Notes: generated by a model from the letters alone, not told the origin. A stretch of DNA of 64,000 nt from Nemertoderma westbladi (GCA_032718475.1 JAUCBJ010000974.1:1-64000); one strand, 5' to 3'; counted from the first letter of the stretch, positions 24,601-38,538 are shown. Translations and numbers: made by a program.

Positions 24601-26740
24601 GAACAATGCCAAGCTTAGCAATTCTGCTTCAATCAATGGGTGCTCTACATAAAGCTTACAAGTCTGAACCAGGAAATTCTTTCGTGTAGTATTATTCAAC
24701 AACTCACGGATATCATCAAGATGGTAAATAATTGCAGCTGCTGTATATCCTAGCTTTGCAAATCTTCTTTCAGTATAGATACTGAACTTCTTTGAACGAT
24801 TACTTTGGATAAGCTGAAGATCAAATTCCTCCCACAAAGATGATTGGTGACCATCATTTGTCACAAGTTTCTGGATGGCTACTATGACAGCTAATGCAAC
24901 ACTTTTGTTTTCTGGGAGGAAGGATTTTAGTACTGGAAGCCGAGATAACAAAGCCTGCTTCAGATTCGCCTTGTTCTCGAGCTCTAAAAGAACTTTTAAG
25001 TTTCCTCGATCAAAAACCTCACATGTATGTGAAACACACAGCAATTGTAATGGTATATGATGTGTAAGCAATGTTTGTGCAACCATCTCTGCAACATTCA
25101 AATTTTTGGAGACACTGTCTGTCATTAGGGCATTCATTTTTTTCCATAGAGCTACTGCAGTTGACTCTCCTGCAATTGCCAAGCGATTAAGAACTTCAAC
25201 AAGCAGTGTTGTAATTGATTCTCTTGTTTCCCGACCCAGAGTATGCGGACGAACTCTAAATGATTTCCCATTAGATAGTTTCATTATGACTGCGGGCCAG
25301 TCTCCTTCAATTCGTCTCCTTTTTGTTGTATCAAAGTGTAGTGTGATTTTGTCACCCTCTGAAGCATCAAGAATTCCAAGAGCTGCATTTCTCTCCTCCT
25401 GAATTGCCAACAAGTGTTTTTGGTTATCAATTACTCTTATACTGGGTAGCACATTGGCATACCGCAAATAATCAGATGCTTTGCGTGGAAGCGACTTTTC
25501 GGGCTCAAGTCCAGGCTCATGATCACCTTCATTTGATCCATCATCTGCAGTCAGCTGGTATCTATGGCCAAATATAATTTCTGTTGTAGCTTGAAAAGCA
25601 CGGCGACTTTGTTCAATAGTAATGGCTGCCCTAGCACATGCAGCAGCCAAACCTGTCTTTACACTGGGAAGGAAGTTTCGAAACCCCGATCTCAACTGGA
25701 ACATGGATGGGTTCAGTACATAATCAGTTTGTGTATAGGCATTTATGGTAGGTTTACTATCACGTACTAAACCAGAACGATTGAGTGATTGGTCAAGTCT
25801 GACATTGCTCAATATGGGACTACTCAAAACTAAATCCTCTTCATCGAATTCTTCAGCTTCCATTTCAGCTGCTGCCTGCTTAGCAATAGCTTCTGCTGCA
25901 CGTTTCTCTTCATATTCTTTGTCTAACTTGTCACTCAATGCCATTCGACGGGGCCCCATCTGATCAAAATAAAATTCTCGTTCTGGTCCATCAAATTTTT
26001 CAGGATCTACATTTTTACCTAGCAGATCTAAGAGCTTTTTGTGGTCCCCTTTCCAAATTGTAAGATTTTGCCTCCTTGAACCAGTTTTCTTGCACTGAAC
26101 CTGAGTTCGATATGTTTTCAAAAATCCATCCAACTTGTATCTGATGTTCCGGATAGTCATGACTGTCCCTTCACCAAAGGCCTTTTGCCACTGGAAATTC
26201 AGAGCCTTTGCACAGTTCAATATATAATCATGCTGCTTTTGACTCCCATACGTTGGGGCATGTTCTATAATAGCCATAACACAATCTGACACCATTGGTA
26301 AATAGTCACCAAAGACAAAGAGAATCACATCCGGCATGGTTAGAATTACAAAGCAATTGATACATCCGGTTCGAGCCGGTATTCCTGTTTTAATCTTTAG
26401 GGGTATATTAGCTTTTAATATTTAATATGTAAAAATTACAAAGATAGGCCTACCTAAAGCAGTACACTAGCTATATACTTCTGTTCTACTAAACAGAAAC
26501 AGCTGAAAAGAAACAGCTGTTGAAACCGTACCATCTACACCGGGAGCCACAATGGGTTCTTAGAAATGTTACCTACACAAAGAAATTACTTAAATTACCA
26601 GCCGAGGTGGGATCTTAACAATTTCAGCTATAAAACATGATCCAGCTTTAAAAGTACTGAGAATTGGAGCATGGGACCCGTCTCTACCCCCACTAAGTCG
26701 ATAATTGCGGATGAATGAGACCAAAATGAGGTGCATAGTG
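21602..26740 (-). mobile_element. DNA transposon with a spliced DDE transposase gene (hAT-related motifs), disrupted by a LINE
   Basis: LHFDTT, LMTDS..N and C-x2-H (LCVSH) in 24495-26337; continues at 22937-22548 (N.LEAERDL motif), then past an in-frame GT-AG intron 22547-22380 (HIAR|VLDDRE...CKSWGGP). Putative end CACTATGCAC at 26740. The other end is not resolved. Confidence 0.75.
22938..24493 (+). mobile_element. 5'-truncated, frameshifted non-LTR retrotransposon (RT C-terminal half) with poly(A) tail
   Basis: GIRQGGILS and GYADDLLLL RT motifs; A-run at 24484-24493; splits the transposase ORF. Confidence 0.85.
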
Positions 26741-27986
26741 TTACTGGAAGTTTGCATTATCTCTTTCGTGGAAAAGGCATTAGTCGCAAAGAGTGTGAAA
26801 GTTAGCGGAGCGGTCTCCGGAACAGTATCCCGCCGCCTGCGCTACCCTATTGCCTAAACTATCTCTCCCAGCATGGCCTATAGTATGTGCAGTAAGGCCT
26901 ACAGTATGTCCTGCAGTCTGCCTGTGTCCTTCCGGACCGAAGTTTAATCTTCTCGAGTATTCCAAGAAATCCTCCCCGTGACTACCATATTCTCAATCGG
27001 CAGCTACGTTCTGACGGGAAGTTTCTCTTCGATCCCCTCTTCTGTCTTCATCCTTGTACCGGTACATTCTATACCCCTCTCCTGGTGTGTGGTATATCTC
27101 ACCAGGTTGTGTTTCTCCGGGGCGATGGCAATCTCCCGGTGTACGACCCCACCAGTTCTCTGTCTCCGTCTCGATTACTGACGGTTCACTGTCCGTCCTT
27201 CCCCTCCGGTTGCTCGTAGCAACGCTCCCTCGATTCTTCTCTCCTCGTCCGATTCCAGTGCAGTGTTCCTCCTCGTGAGATCTCGCTTCGACCTCCCGTA
27301 TAAATTCCACTGTTCTCCTTCCATCTTCCGACTGGGCTCGACGTTTTCTCGCTCACCCGCTCAAGGCGCCAACGTCTCTCTCTCTGCCCGGTTGGATGGC
27401 CCTGGGGATATTCGTAATCCCCCTACTATTCTCTGTCGTCGGGTGCCGCGGTTCACTTAGCTCACCGCGCGGATTATCCGCCGATGCTTGTGGGACATTC
27501 TCTGCCCCCCCCCCCCCCCCCCACCTCTCACCCGCCATCGGGAGCCACGGTTCACTCAACTCACCGCACAGATTACCCGTCGACGCTCATGGGACATTTT
27601 CTGCCCCCCCCCCCTCCTCTCGCCGCTAATCGCTTGTGGTGGGGTACCCGTAGCCAGCCCCCCCCCCCCCCCCCCCGTCCGTCACCTCTTACTTCGCCCC
27701 TACGCCCCCCTCTAGTCGACGCATTATCTCTACCCCCGCTGGATTTATTCACCCCCTCTCCTCCCTGCGCAACTGCATGGCCTTGCAGCCTCTCATTGCT
27801 GGGTTTATTCGCCCCCGCTCCCCCCTGCGCAACTGCGTGGCCTTGCAGGCTCTCATTCGCCGGCTCGCTTGTTCCCCCTACATTTGTATTAACCACACTG
27901 TTAATAATTTCGCCCTGGTTTGTTACACCGTTATTAATGATATTAATTTCTTTGGGGTTATTTATTATATTATTATTACCTAAATT

Positions 27987-28531
27987 TTTTTTTTTAAATT
28001 ACGTAATACTAATATAAGTTTAATGATTTTGTTTAGCACAGTTTGAAATCATATAGTTAAACACAAGTTGAGTAAAATTAATTAATTTATATAAATCAAA
28101 TTTATCGTCAGCTCTGAGTTTATTAAACTTTATTACTAAACGGGTTCAGAAAAAAAAAAGAGTTAAAAGGTAAAAAGAGTTGAGGGTCCATCGAATAGGT
28201 CACCCGGAGAGGGACCGCCCGTCGCCATAACAGACGCCGCGTTGCCCACTAGAATGGCCACCTGAATCCGCTGTAGGAGGAAGCGGAGTGAGCGGGGTTC
28301 GTGGGTGAACGCGTGCATTCGGGAGCCAACCTCCCGGAGGAAGGCCGCAGTCTCAGGGCCGGGGCGGCCGAGGGTCTCAAAGGCCACAGGATGGAAAATG
28401 TGGAGGCCCCGCTGCTCCAGCTCGGCGTACGTCGCGCGTTTCCTCCACTCTGCCTCCTCAGCTGTGCGCCCACCGGCGATGAGGGTCTGTTGGAGGTGGC
28501 TGGGGGCGAGGGGGTCGACTACCGTAGCGTC
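27987..28531 (-). mobile_element. 5'-truncated CRE-like non-LTR retrotransposon (RLE endonuclease C-terminus) with poly(A) and 8-bp TSD
   Basis: DATVVDPLAPSH...AE.RK..Y...PVAFETLG...LQRIQVAILVGNA. CCTAAATT at 27979-27986 and 28532-28539. Poly-T at 27985-27995. Confidence 0.8.
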
Positions 28532-29223
28532 CCTAAATTATTATTTAAATTATTTTGTTCGGCATTATTTATATTATTATTTAAATTATTTTGCACATTT
28601 AAATTAGGATTATTATTACCGGGTAAAATATTATTTCCTGCAAAAAGGGTTATCTATTACGGTACTATTAATATTAACTCCCTCTAGCGTATTATTATTA
28701 CCCCCCCCCCCGCCCGTACGGTCACACCAGTCTTGGGTCTGTCGTCCGGTACCTGTAAGTGGGGTATTAACAAAGGTTTCCATAGCCTCTGGTTCTTCGT
28801 AAATACTACCCGAACCAGCCTCGCTCTCCGATAAACCCATTTTTGCCAGCTCTAACCAGCGCTTTAGTTTCGCTTGATATTGCATTAACCCCCTCAGCCA
28901 GGTATGCATATCATCCCGCAACCGTTTACCCCCCCTTTCTCTCTCTCTATCCTCCCTCATATGCTGGTTGGCTAATTATGCCTCCCTCACCTCCCGCTCT
29001 CTACGCTTGTTCACTTCTCTCTCAATCCTCTCAGCCCTCCTCGCTTCCCGCTCTTTGCGCTCATTCACCTCCCGCTCTTTGCGCTTGCTTTACACTCTCT
29101 CCTCCCGCTCTTTGCACTAGCTTTCCATTCTCTCCTCCCACTCTTCACGCTCGTTTATCTCTATCTCCTCCCGCTCCCTATAGTTTCTTGCCACCCTCTC
29201 TGCCCTCTCCTTACACTCTCTCG

Positions 29224-31192
29224 CTACTACTAGGATCGGCATGCTGCATTGCAGCTGCATTTTTAAGAATGCTGTGCCGGCTTGTCAACAAAATTGCACC
29301 GCCACAAGTCCCTATCACCCATGACATTTGCTAGATCATCCGCATCTTTAAGGCCAGTGTCCTTTAAGATGCGTCTCAAGAAAGTCATGGGCTGTCCACC
29401 ATGCTTATTCACTCCATGAGGCTGCCAAAGTACAAGATTATGCACTGGCTGGTCCTCACTGCGAAAGCAATGTCCTGCAAAGCGGAGTCGATTTTGTTCT
29501 AGTGTCAAGCTTGGGGGAACCAATGAGACACCTCCAATGTTATATAGTGTCTGGTTGGAGATGTGTGCATTGTACTTGACACAATGAACCCGGCGTAGCA
29601 TTCTTGTGAATGTGCCATCCAGAGATTTGGTGTCCTCAGCAGTTAGAGCCCAGCATGAACTCCCGTAGAGGAGTACTGGAACTACTGCTGCTCTAAATAA
29701 TCGGACCTTAAGTTTCCGATTAATTCTCGGTGATTTCCAAATCCTGGAAAGCCTATTCAAGGCTGTCCATGCCTTTCCCTTACGTATTCGAAGGTCCTCA
29801 CCTGACTTCCGGATCCATGATCCCAGGTAACAGAAGTCGTCCACATGCTCAAGCATACCATCCTTTGAGCTTATGCTCATCCGATCAGAGACTTGCTGAG
29901 GACTTTCAAAGTTAACGGTCAGAATTTTGGTCTTTCTGGAGTTAATAAAAAGACCAACACTAGAAGCAGCATGTTCTAATGAGCTGAGGAGCCGTTGGGC
30001 TCCCTCTAATGATTCTGAGAGTACTCCTAAGTCATCAGCAAAGTCTAGATCAGTTAGGTACTTGGCAGGATTTCCTCGACTTCTGGAGCCAGTAGGTGGA
30101 GTTATCATCACCCCATCATCATTATGATGATCTAAGGACATGCGTAGAACATAGTCAACCACAATAATGACCAAGAATGGTGCAAGTGTGTCTCCTTGGA
30201 GGACGCCCCATAACACTTCAAATGGTTCTGTGTCACCGTCAATAGTAGACACAAATGTTGTCGAACCATCGTATACTGATCTGATTGCTGCAATAATTTC
30301 ATCAGGAATGCCATATAATGAAAGTATGCTGAACATACGTGAGCGAGAGACTGAATCAAAGGCCTTGAAGAAGTCAACAAAGATAACAGCCAGATGCCTG
30401 TCTTTCTTTTTTGATAATTCTTCAATTATCCTTCTAAGTGCCAAAATGGGCTCCATGGTCCCACGACCTTTACGGAACCCATTCTGATTTCCACGGAGCA
30501 GTCTCTCAATGGGATCCCTGATGCGATTTAATAGAATCCTATTGTATAGCTTTGCAGCAATCGAGATCAATGAGATTCCCCGAAAAGAACCATAGAGTGT
30601 TAGGTTGGCCTTCTTGGGAACTGGCACCAACTTATTTGTTTTCATTTCTTGTGGGACTCTTGTTGTTCGGTACATGTCTACTATGATGGGATAGATGAGC
30701 TTTAAACACTCAGGTATTTTAAAGACCTCAGGGGGAACACCATCAACTCCACTGGCACGATTGGTCTTAATGCTCTTTGCAGCAGCCTTCACTTCTGCAA
30801 AGGAGATATCGCCAATGGGAATATCTGGGAGTACAGACTCAGACACTTTTACTTCTATAAAGTTATCAGGCAATACCCTGTCATTATTGAGGAGCTTTTC
30901 AAAGTGGGCTTTCCAACCATTGAGGCGATCGGCTGGTGATTCAGCCTTAACCTTGGTGGTTGGTTGGCTTTTCCGCCCAGTAAGCAGATTGATTGATTTC
31001 CATGCCTGGGATGATTGCCTGCTGTCGTCAGCATCATTGATGGCATCAACCTGTTGGTTTATTAGCTCCTGTAGATTAACAGAGTACTGCCTGTTCAGGG
31101 ACCTAGATGCAGCCTTAACTGCATTCTTGGCCGCTGTAGTCTGTTTGAGTCGGGACTCTTTCTGCGCCTTATGAAGGTCATTTCGGCACTTC
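29224..31192 (-). mobile_element. 5'-truncated RTE-like LINE (intact RT domain, ORF 29263-30873+), (TAG)n tail
   Basis: RGISLISIAAKLYNRI, NQNGFRKGR, FVDFFKAFDSV, GVLQGDTLAP, DFADDL, YLGS. Inserted in element E gag. Confidence 0.93.
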
Positions 31193-31739
31193 TCTCTAGC
31201 AACACAGTTCGCTCATCCAACTGCCTTTCCAGTTCCTTTTGATCCAGCGCAACAATGTCTAGTTGACACGCCAGATCTATCTCTAACACCATCTTGCTTT
31301 CGCGGAGGATGTAGCGGACTTATCAGTCGCGACAGACTCCCATCGCCTCTCTGTCCTACTAATTTTCCCCCGTTTGCTGGGGTTCCTACTAACCGACGAC
31401 ACCGAATCATCGGGGTTAACCTCGGATTTGCCGTCGTATGGGTCTGCCCATCCCACTAATTTAATTCCCCTGGCATCCACTAAGTAAGGCCCTACGTACA
31501 CCACGTCGGGCTCCATCACCTCGGACCGCCACAATTCAAATAGTTCTGTGGCGACCCCCTCGCCCTCTCACTCGCTAGTTCTCCCTGTCCAAAACGGACT
31601 AAATAACGAAAATGTTTATTGGACTCACCTAGCCTCTGATATAGTTTAGGCTGGTCTACCTTTCTCCCCTCCTTAGCGTCCTTTAGTATCTTCTTCATGG
31701 TGTTGTACGCCCGTCGCAGGCGATCACTCATCCCGACGT

Positions 31740-33456
31740 GGCACGTTCCACGATAACGTCAACCAAGGGCTCATTTCTAAAAGTTAGGTATTGTTGGCTT
31801 TTGTGAACTTTTACTAGATCGAAATTTATCGCAGAATACGAATCTGAAACTATAAATCTCAAATTTATAAATTTTAGTATCGTAAATTGCTCTGGTAGCT
31901 GGTGCGTTAAAATTTAAATTTTTTTGTCAAAATTGGAGACATTTTGTTTTTTGAAAATTTGATACAATGCAATACAGTTTTGCTATTTTCAGCCTTTTTA
32001 GATGGAATATATACATTTTGGGAATGCAATGCCACGTTGTTCATGATCTAAAACAAGTTGACTGACTAATACTTTTGATTTTTGCATGAGGCAATTTGAA
32101 TGTCACGTACTTTACCAAAAATATGTATTATTTTATTTTATAAAGTCAAATTTAGCTCCAAGGGAACTAAAAGTGGAATCTACAATATTGAAGTATATTT
32201 ACATCTTTTGCGTTGAACATTTCTCGAAAATTCTGTGCTTTTGACACATTTACAATGGTAAAGTACGTGACATAAAAATATTTTTTCGTAAAGTACGTGA
32301 CATAAAAATATTTTTTCGTAAAGTACGTGACATAAAAATATTTTTTCGTAAAGTAGGTGACGGTTGTATGGACTATAACTGACCACTTAAGCAGTGCCAG
32401 CGCATCACACACTGTGAATCCTGCCCATCAGGCCACCTGCTGCTCGGCGTCTATTAGATGACGACTCTATCCACCTGCAACTGAAGCCTGCAAAACGATA
32501 TAACTTATGTCTACCAGATCAGGGTGGGGTGATATAAGTCCATTTGTTATGAACTATTGTTTCCCCAGAGACAACCAATTAAATATTATCAATAATTGCT
32601 AACGCGTGCATGGCCCATGGTTGGTTAATTAGATGACAGCAACATTTTCCCAAGGACTTAGTGGTTCTAATTAATTAGAAACGTGCCAGTACCATAGCGC
32701 GTAGCGGTAACCTCGACACAGATACAGCTAGGGCCGTAGCAACGTCATCAAGAATAAGCAATCCACCATCAGCTATACGAACTGCGACTACTGCACAATA
32801 AAAAAGACAATACATGATATCACCAGTGTGTGTAATAGCGAAACACGGACTATAATAACCGTAGGCCTACCCCTAATATTGGTTAATCAAAATTTGATTA
32901 TTATTTTCAATCACCCGGTCTTTAAAAATATGATAGAATCTGTATCTAGTTAATTTCGTTACCAAATTGGATTGTAAAAACATATTGCCGCATGGAAGCG
33001 GGGTGAAATAGATTTGGATATTCGGATGAAATCGCATGGGTCACGTACTTTACTTGGCAATGTCACGTACTTTACTTTGTTTTACATCAAATTCACTGAA
33101 TTGCGTTAGGTTTGAAATGTCGATAAAGGCTGTTTTGGAAACAGCAATATTACCTCTTGGCTGCTGTGGACTCATTTATTACCTCAAGGTGCTCAATTCG
33201 CTGGATTTTGGACTTACATTAAAAAAAATATATTTTAAAATTTCTGCGCGTCACGTACTTTACCTGCGTTTGTTTGATGATTACTAAAGCCATCTACACT
33301 AAGAAGTTTAGCTTCTATACTAAACGTGTAACAGAATACTTTGTCTCTGAGAATATCACAAGTTGATGCTCTATGAAGACTGTTGTATATATGTAATTTG
33401 CAAAAGAATGTAAAAATTGGTCTCTGACAGTCACGTACTTTACCGTGGAACGTGCC
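31740..33456. mobile_element. Non-autonomous DNA transposon (1,717 bp), 13-bp TIR, 4-bp ACGT TSD
   Basis: GGCACGTTCCACG ... CGTGGAACGTGCC. ACGT at 31736-39 and 33457-60; removal restores element E gag (EEDVGMSD). Internal tcacgtacttta/aaagtacgtgac motifs, including three 30-bp tandem copies at 32260-32362. Confidence 0.92.
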
Positions 33457-34567
33457 ACGTCCTCCTCGTTGACTCTACCTTCTCTCCTCTTCCGGCGTCG
33501 TACCGTCGGCCCCACCATCGCCGTTCTGGTGGGCCATTCGTCGCCCTCGGCCTGTGGTCGGCCGGCGACTTCGGTACTCCGAGCGCCATCGTCACCTCGC
33601 GTCGACTCCTCGTTAACTTTCTCTCCTCGTTGTCGGCCACCCTCGTTGGCGAATCCGGGGTGGCGGGCCGGAATCGTCTCGTTGCGGCCTCTCGGATCGT
33701 TTGGTTGGTGTCATCCGGGGTCCGCGTTGGCATTCTTTCTCCCTCTGATTCTCGGGGCGTCTGTTCGCTCATCTTTGGGCCTTCTGGCTTCTAACTGTTT
33801 TCCTCGGGTTGTGGTCACAGCTGTTGAGTTGTTGGAAGTTTTGACTAGTTTTGACTGTGACGGGATTGAGTCTGAGATCCCGACCGAGTAAGATTGTACG
33901 CCTCACTTGGCTGCTGGGCTGCTGAGCTAATATCTTTGGCTGAAGGCCATTGAGGAAAATAACAGAGTTTGTTTCTCAGTGTTAATAATCTCAGAAATAA
34001 CAGCACAGTCAGATGTATACAGGTATAGTAACAATAATCAATATAGCATAAATGACGACAGCAACATATGAAATGACAGTCAAAACTATGCCGGTCCGCA
34101 ACTGTCTGATTAATGAACTGACCGGTAAATCAGAAATCAGAGTAACTATATGGTTGATACATATTGGTTTCACCTCTACGCTACTGTGGCCTTTGGTACC
34201 CAATGGATGCCCTTCTATCCTTCCCCACATGCTTCCCTGCCAGCTATTGGCTTATATAATAATTGTCACTTCGCCACTCCCTGTAAGTGTTATTCCCTGG
34301 TGCTAGCCCTACTAGCTGGGTTGTCCCTCTGAGGTGGTTTGACCTCGCACCTCTCTCTGTGGCTTAGGGCGTGTGTCGCCCCCCCGAGTTGGTTATGAGG
34401 CGAGATTATTATTGGTAATCTCGCATCGCCAACTATATTGGTAAAATGACACTGGTCCCATTTTCGGTGGGTGGTGTAGGGAATTGAATCCGCTTAAAAT
34501 AATTATACTTTAACAATAGCGCTTAAGTGAGTTAAAATTTAAATTGGTTAATAAAGCGTACTTAATT

Positions 34568-37500
34568 ATTTATATAATAAAATGTATGTACATTTATTAA
34601 TAAATCTAATACTACAACTAATACCTACAACAACTAATTATTTGAATTAGCCGGCCAATAGGGCGATGAAGAGTCTGTGGCTCAAATTTGATTCCCTTTG
34701 CTTTGGTTTTGCGACGCATGACAATAATGTCAACTGCTAGCACAAGACCATTGTCGGAAATGTGGATTTTGCTGAACCGACCTGTTTGCCATTTCTTATG
34801 TGGCAAATCCTTATCCATGAGGAGTATCATTTCATTGACTTTGACATTTTCCTTCTCGGCAAACCATTTGGTGCGCACAACTGTATGGTTGGAAGGTAAT
34901 ATCTCTCGAAGTGAATGGTAAATCTTTCCGAGAGTAGCTGCATCAGTTGTCACTTGGTGCGCAAATACTCATCACCCTGCTCTGGTTTAGACACTGGCAA
35001 CATTACTACTGGCTTTTTCAGTAAAAAATGTCCAGGTGTCAGTGCTTCTAAGGATTTCGGCTCCAAAGAAATGGGCATGAGAGGTCTGTCGTTAAGATAT
35101 GCTGCTATTTCTTCTAATAGGGTGTGGAGCAATTCATCATTCAGCATCATTATTTATATAATAAAATGTATGTACATTTATTAATAAATATAATACTACA
35201 ACTAATACCTACAACAACTAATTATTTGAATTAGCCGGCCAATAGGGCGATGAAGAGTCTGTGGCTCAAATTTGATTCCCTTTGCTTTGGTTTTGCGACG
35301 CATGACAATAATGTCAACTGCTCGCACAATACCATTGTCGGAAATGTGGATTTTGCTGATCCGACCTGTTTGCCATTTATTACGTGGCAAATCCTTATCC
35401 ATGAGGAGTATCATTTCATTGACTTTGACATTTTCCTTCTCGGCAAACCATTTGGTGCGCACAACTGTATGGTTGGAAGGTAATATCTCTCGAAGTGAAT
35501 GGTAAATCTTTCCGAGAGTAGCTGCATCAGTTGTCACTTGGTGCGCAAATACTCATCACCCTGCTCTGGTTTAGACACTGGCAACATTACTACTGGCTTT
35601 TTCAGTAAAAAATGTCCAGGTGTCAGTGCTTCTAAGGATTTCGGCTCCGAAGAAATGGGCATGAGAGGTCTGTCGTTAAGATATGCTGCTATTTCTTCTA
35701 ATAGGGTGTGGAGCAATTCATCATTCAGCAGTGTCTGACAGGGTACTACATGGTGAAAGGCAGTCTTGACACTCCGGATCAGTCTCTCCCAACTGCCTCC
35801 CCACCATGGAGCATCAGCTGCATTAAATCTCCAGGAGGAAGCAGTCACCTTGAGTTGTTCCTTGAGTTGTGCCAAAGTGCGCAATCTGACGACGCAGGAA
35901 TAACAGGAAACTAGCCATTGAAAGGTCATTTACTATGTCTAAGTTTATAGCTCTACAAGTGAGACAGACAAAAATAACACACCAGCGCTTGATCATTGTG
36001 TCATTGATCATTTCACCTCAATCAGCCCAAAGAGGTCGACTCCCGTGTTGGTAAATGGGGGCTCGTAACCACTTACGTACATAGTGTCAACCGAGATGGG
36101 GGCATTTGTCAAGCGTCCACCCACTCGTATGAGTCCATCTAAAATGGTGCTTGTAAATATGTCAGGTAACAGCGTTGTCAGGGTTGTCAATAAGTTTCTT
36201 GTAATTCAGTGGGTCATCATGGGCTTGCATAAGCCTCAATACTTGTTTGTTGGTTGTTTCCAACTCCTCACCTGTGACCTTCTGTCTAATTTTTCTAACC
36301 TTATCAGCAGTCACAATTCTCTTACCATCTGAGTCGAAAAGGGGGGAAAAGAGTTTATTTCCTGGATGTTTATTTGATGGTTTTGACAAAAAATTTCCAA
36401 CTCTGTAGCTAGTGCAACGTCCTTTCTAACCGAATACTTTATATGTAAACATCTCTTCAAGTAGGTTAATGCCTTACACAGGCGATGCCAAGAACTGTAG
36501 TGGTTCAGAGCATTAATTATTAGAGGCGATAAACCTGGTTTTAGATTTGGATGGTCGTTATTGACCCAGGGTAGGGCTGAGTCACTCACCGTATTACTTT
36601 CATTTAGTAACCATCGAAGATCATTTCCTGATTCTTTATCTGAGGTACTGGTAGGCCTATAATCAGATTGATCCAGAGGTTCATCCACATCTGCGAGCTC
36701 CCCATCTGTTAACAAGACTGACATGTCCAATGGACGGAATAATTTGGACTTTATGGCATTTTTTCGAGGTCTTACAATTTCTGCACCCTTAGCAGCTCTA
36801 ATTTCTGCAGTAGAGAGTTTACGGGGCCACTCTGTTATAGGGATCATATGTTTATGGGGCCCCTTTCTTTAAAAATTCAGGCCCGCCCAACCAACAAGAG
36901 GTTGATATTAGTTCTTGGGGAGTTGCTCCTCGAGATGCGATATCGGCCGGGTTTAAGATTCCGGGGCAATGCCGCCATTGTTCTTCAGTACTTCGGCTCA
37001 AGATCTTTTTCACTCGGTTGGTTATAAACACGCTAAATTGACAGACATGATTGGTCAAATACTCGAGTACAAGTACAGCATCAGTCCAATAGTAGGTTTT
37101 CTCAATTTCATATGTGGTTTGCTCTAGAATGTTCCTAGCAATTTGGGAGGAATAAAGCACCGCATTCAACTCAGCTCAAGGAGGTGTCAACTTATTGGAA
37201 ATTAGTGCTTTCGATGCGACTAGGGAGACACGGACATCTGTAGGTGTTTGGACCCGAAAATATGCCACAATGCCGAGGCCTATATCGCTTGCATCTCCGA
37301 ATGCATGAAGTTGGTAGGAGTAGTCGGGGAGTACGTGTCCAAAGTAAGTACGGGGAATCCTCATTCTCTCGATGTCAGGCAATGCATCTTCCCACTTATA
37401 CCAACGTGCTAACAAGTCGCCGCACAAGGGGTTATCCCAGGAGTTGTTCCAACTCAACATTTCATGAACGAGTCCTCTTGCTTGAAGAATGACAGGGCTA

Positions 37501-38538
37501 ATGAACCCAATCGGATCGAAGTAACTACTGAGAATACTTAGGCAGTTGCGCTTTGTCTGCACACGTTCAGGTCTTATTTTCAACTTGAAACACATCTCAT
37601 CTGTTTCTGTTAACCATTTAAGACCCAATGTTTTAGTATCAGGTAACTCGTCCCTAACTAGGTCTAGTTCCTTATTTCCTCTCTCAACAGGGTCAATAGA
37701 TTCGAGGAACTCTCGGCTATTGCTGGTAAAGTACGGTAAATGAAATCCGCCTCTTTTCAGACAGTCAACAGTGCCATGTACAACACTGATGGCCTCTGCA
37801 ACAGTTGGGACCGACTTAAGATTATCATCCATATAAATGCCCCTTTCTATGTTCTCAATGACAGCTGGGGAGAAGTCCTTTCGATTATGATGGGCAGTGG
37901 TTCGTATAATGGACCACGCATTTGAGGGACTCGATTTAATACCAAATGTTTGTATCGCCATGCGATATTCCAGTGGCTCCTTAGACAGATCCCCATCAGG
38001 CCACCATAAGAATCGGAGGCTATTACGATCCTCAACTAAGGATTTCACCTGCAAAAACATCCCTTCTATATCAGAAGCGAAAGCAATTGAATATTGGCGC
38101 AATCTGATTAAAATACCTAACAGTTGTCGCAAGAGGTTTGGGCCTGGCATCAATTCGGTATTGAGTGATTGACCTCGGAATAGTGCTGACCCATCAAAGA
38201 CAACACATACTTGGCCGGGTTTGTCTGTTCTTTCCACATAGAGATGTGTCAAATAATATGTTCGGTCCGTGGTTTCCAGAACATTAGGGACTCTTTCAGC
38301 ATAACCATTGTCGATATATTTATTCCTCTGTGTATTATACATCTGATGAGCCATTGGGTTGGCTTTTAGGCGTTTCTTCAGTTGGGCTGCTCGCTTTACT
38401 GCTAATGTCCTATTATTATGAAACACTGGTTTACCATTCTTCCACAGGAGGCCTATCTCATACCGTCCTTCTTTTGGAAGAGATTTAGTTGTGGATTTTT
38501 GAATATGGATGGCGCGCTCCTCTTGCACAGACAGTGCC
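34568..38538 (-). pseudogene. Element B: decayed BEL/Pao pol (RT-RNase H-integrase) with a 584-bp tandem duplication of its 3' end
   Basis: YMDD RT, LHAFGDAS, YWTDA, NPADIASRG, TGVDLFG, WGGSWERLIR; many stops and frameshifts; ~34568-35150 duplicated at ~35150-35730. Confidence 0.9.

Larger units (their letters stand above)
26765..34500 (-). mobile_element. Element E: BEL/Pao 5' remnant (LTR-like region plus decayed gag), relative of element C, split by three insertions
   Basis: Gag segments 33772-33457, 31739-31193, 29223-28532 and 27986-26780 align in order with element C gag (IREAATRR, SDRLRRAYN, SVATDKSATSS, FVNTPLTG, poly-Gly/Asn). Region 34330-34500 resembles 38539-38730. Confidence 0.85.

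Noticed and set aside
27484-28017. Pro-rich plus-strand ORFs
   Set aside because: They are antisense to the Gly-rich, poly-G gag region of element E.
33938-33949. TGGCCTTCAGCC as the PBS of element E
   Set aside because: Only a gapped match to the tRNA-Tyr PBS, and the LTR boundary is undefined.
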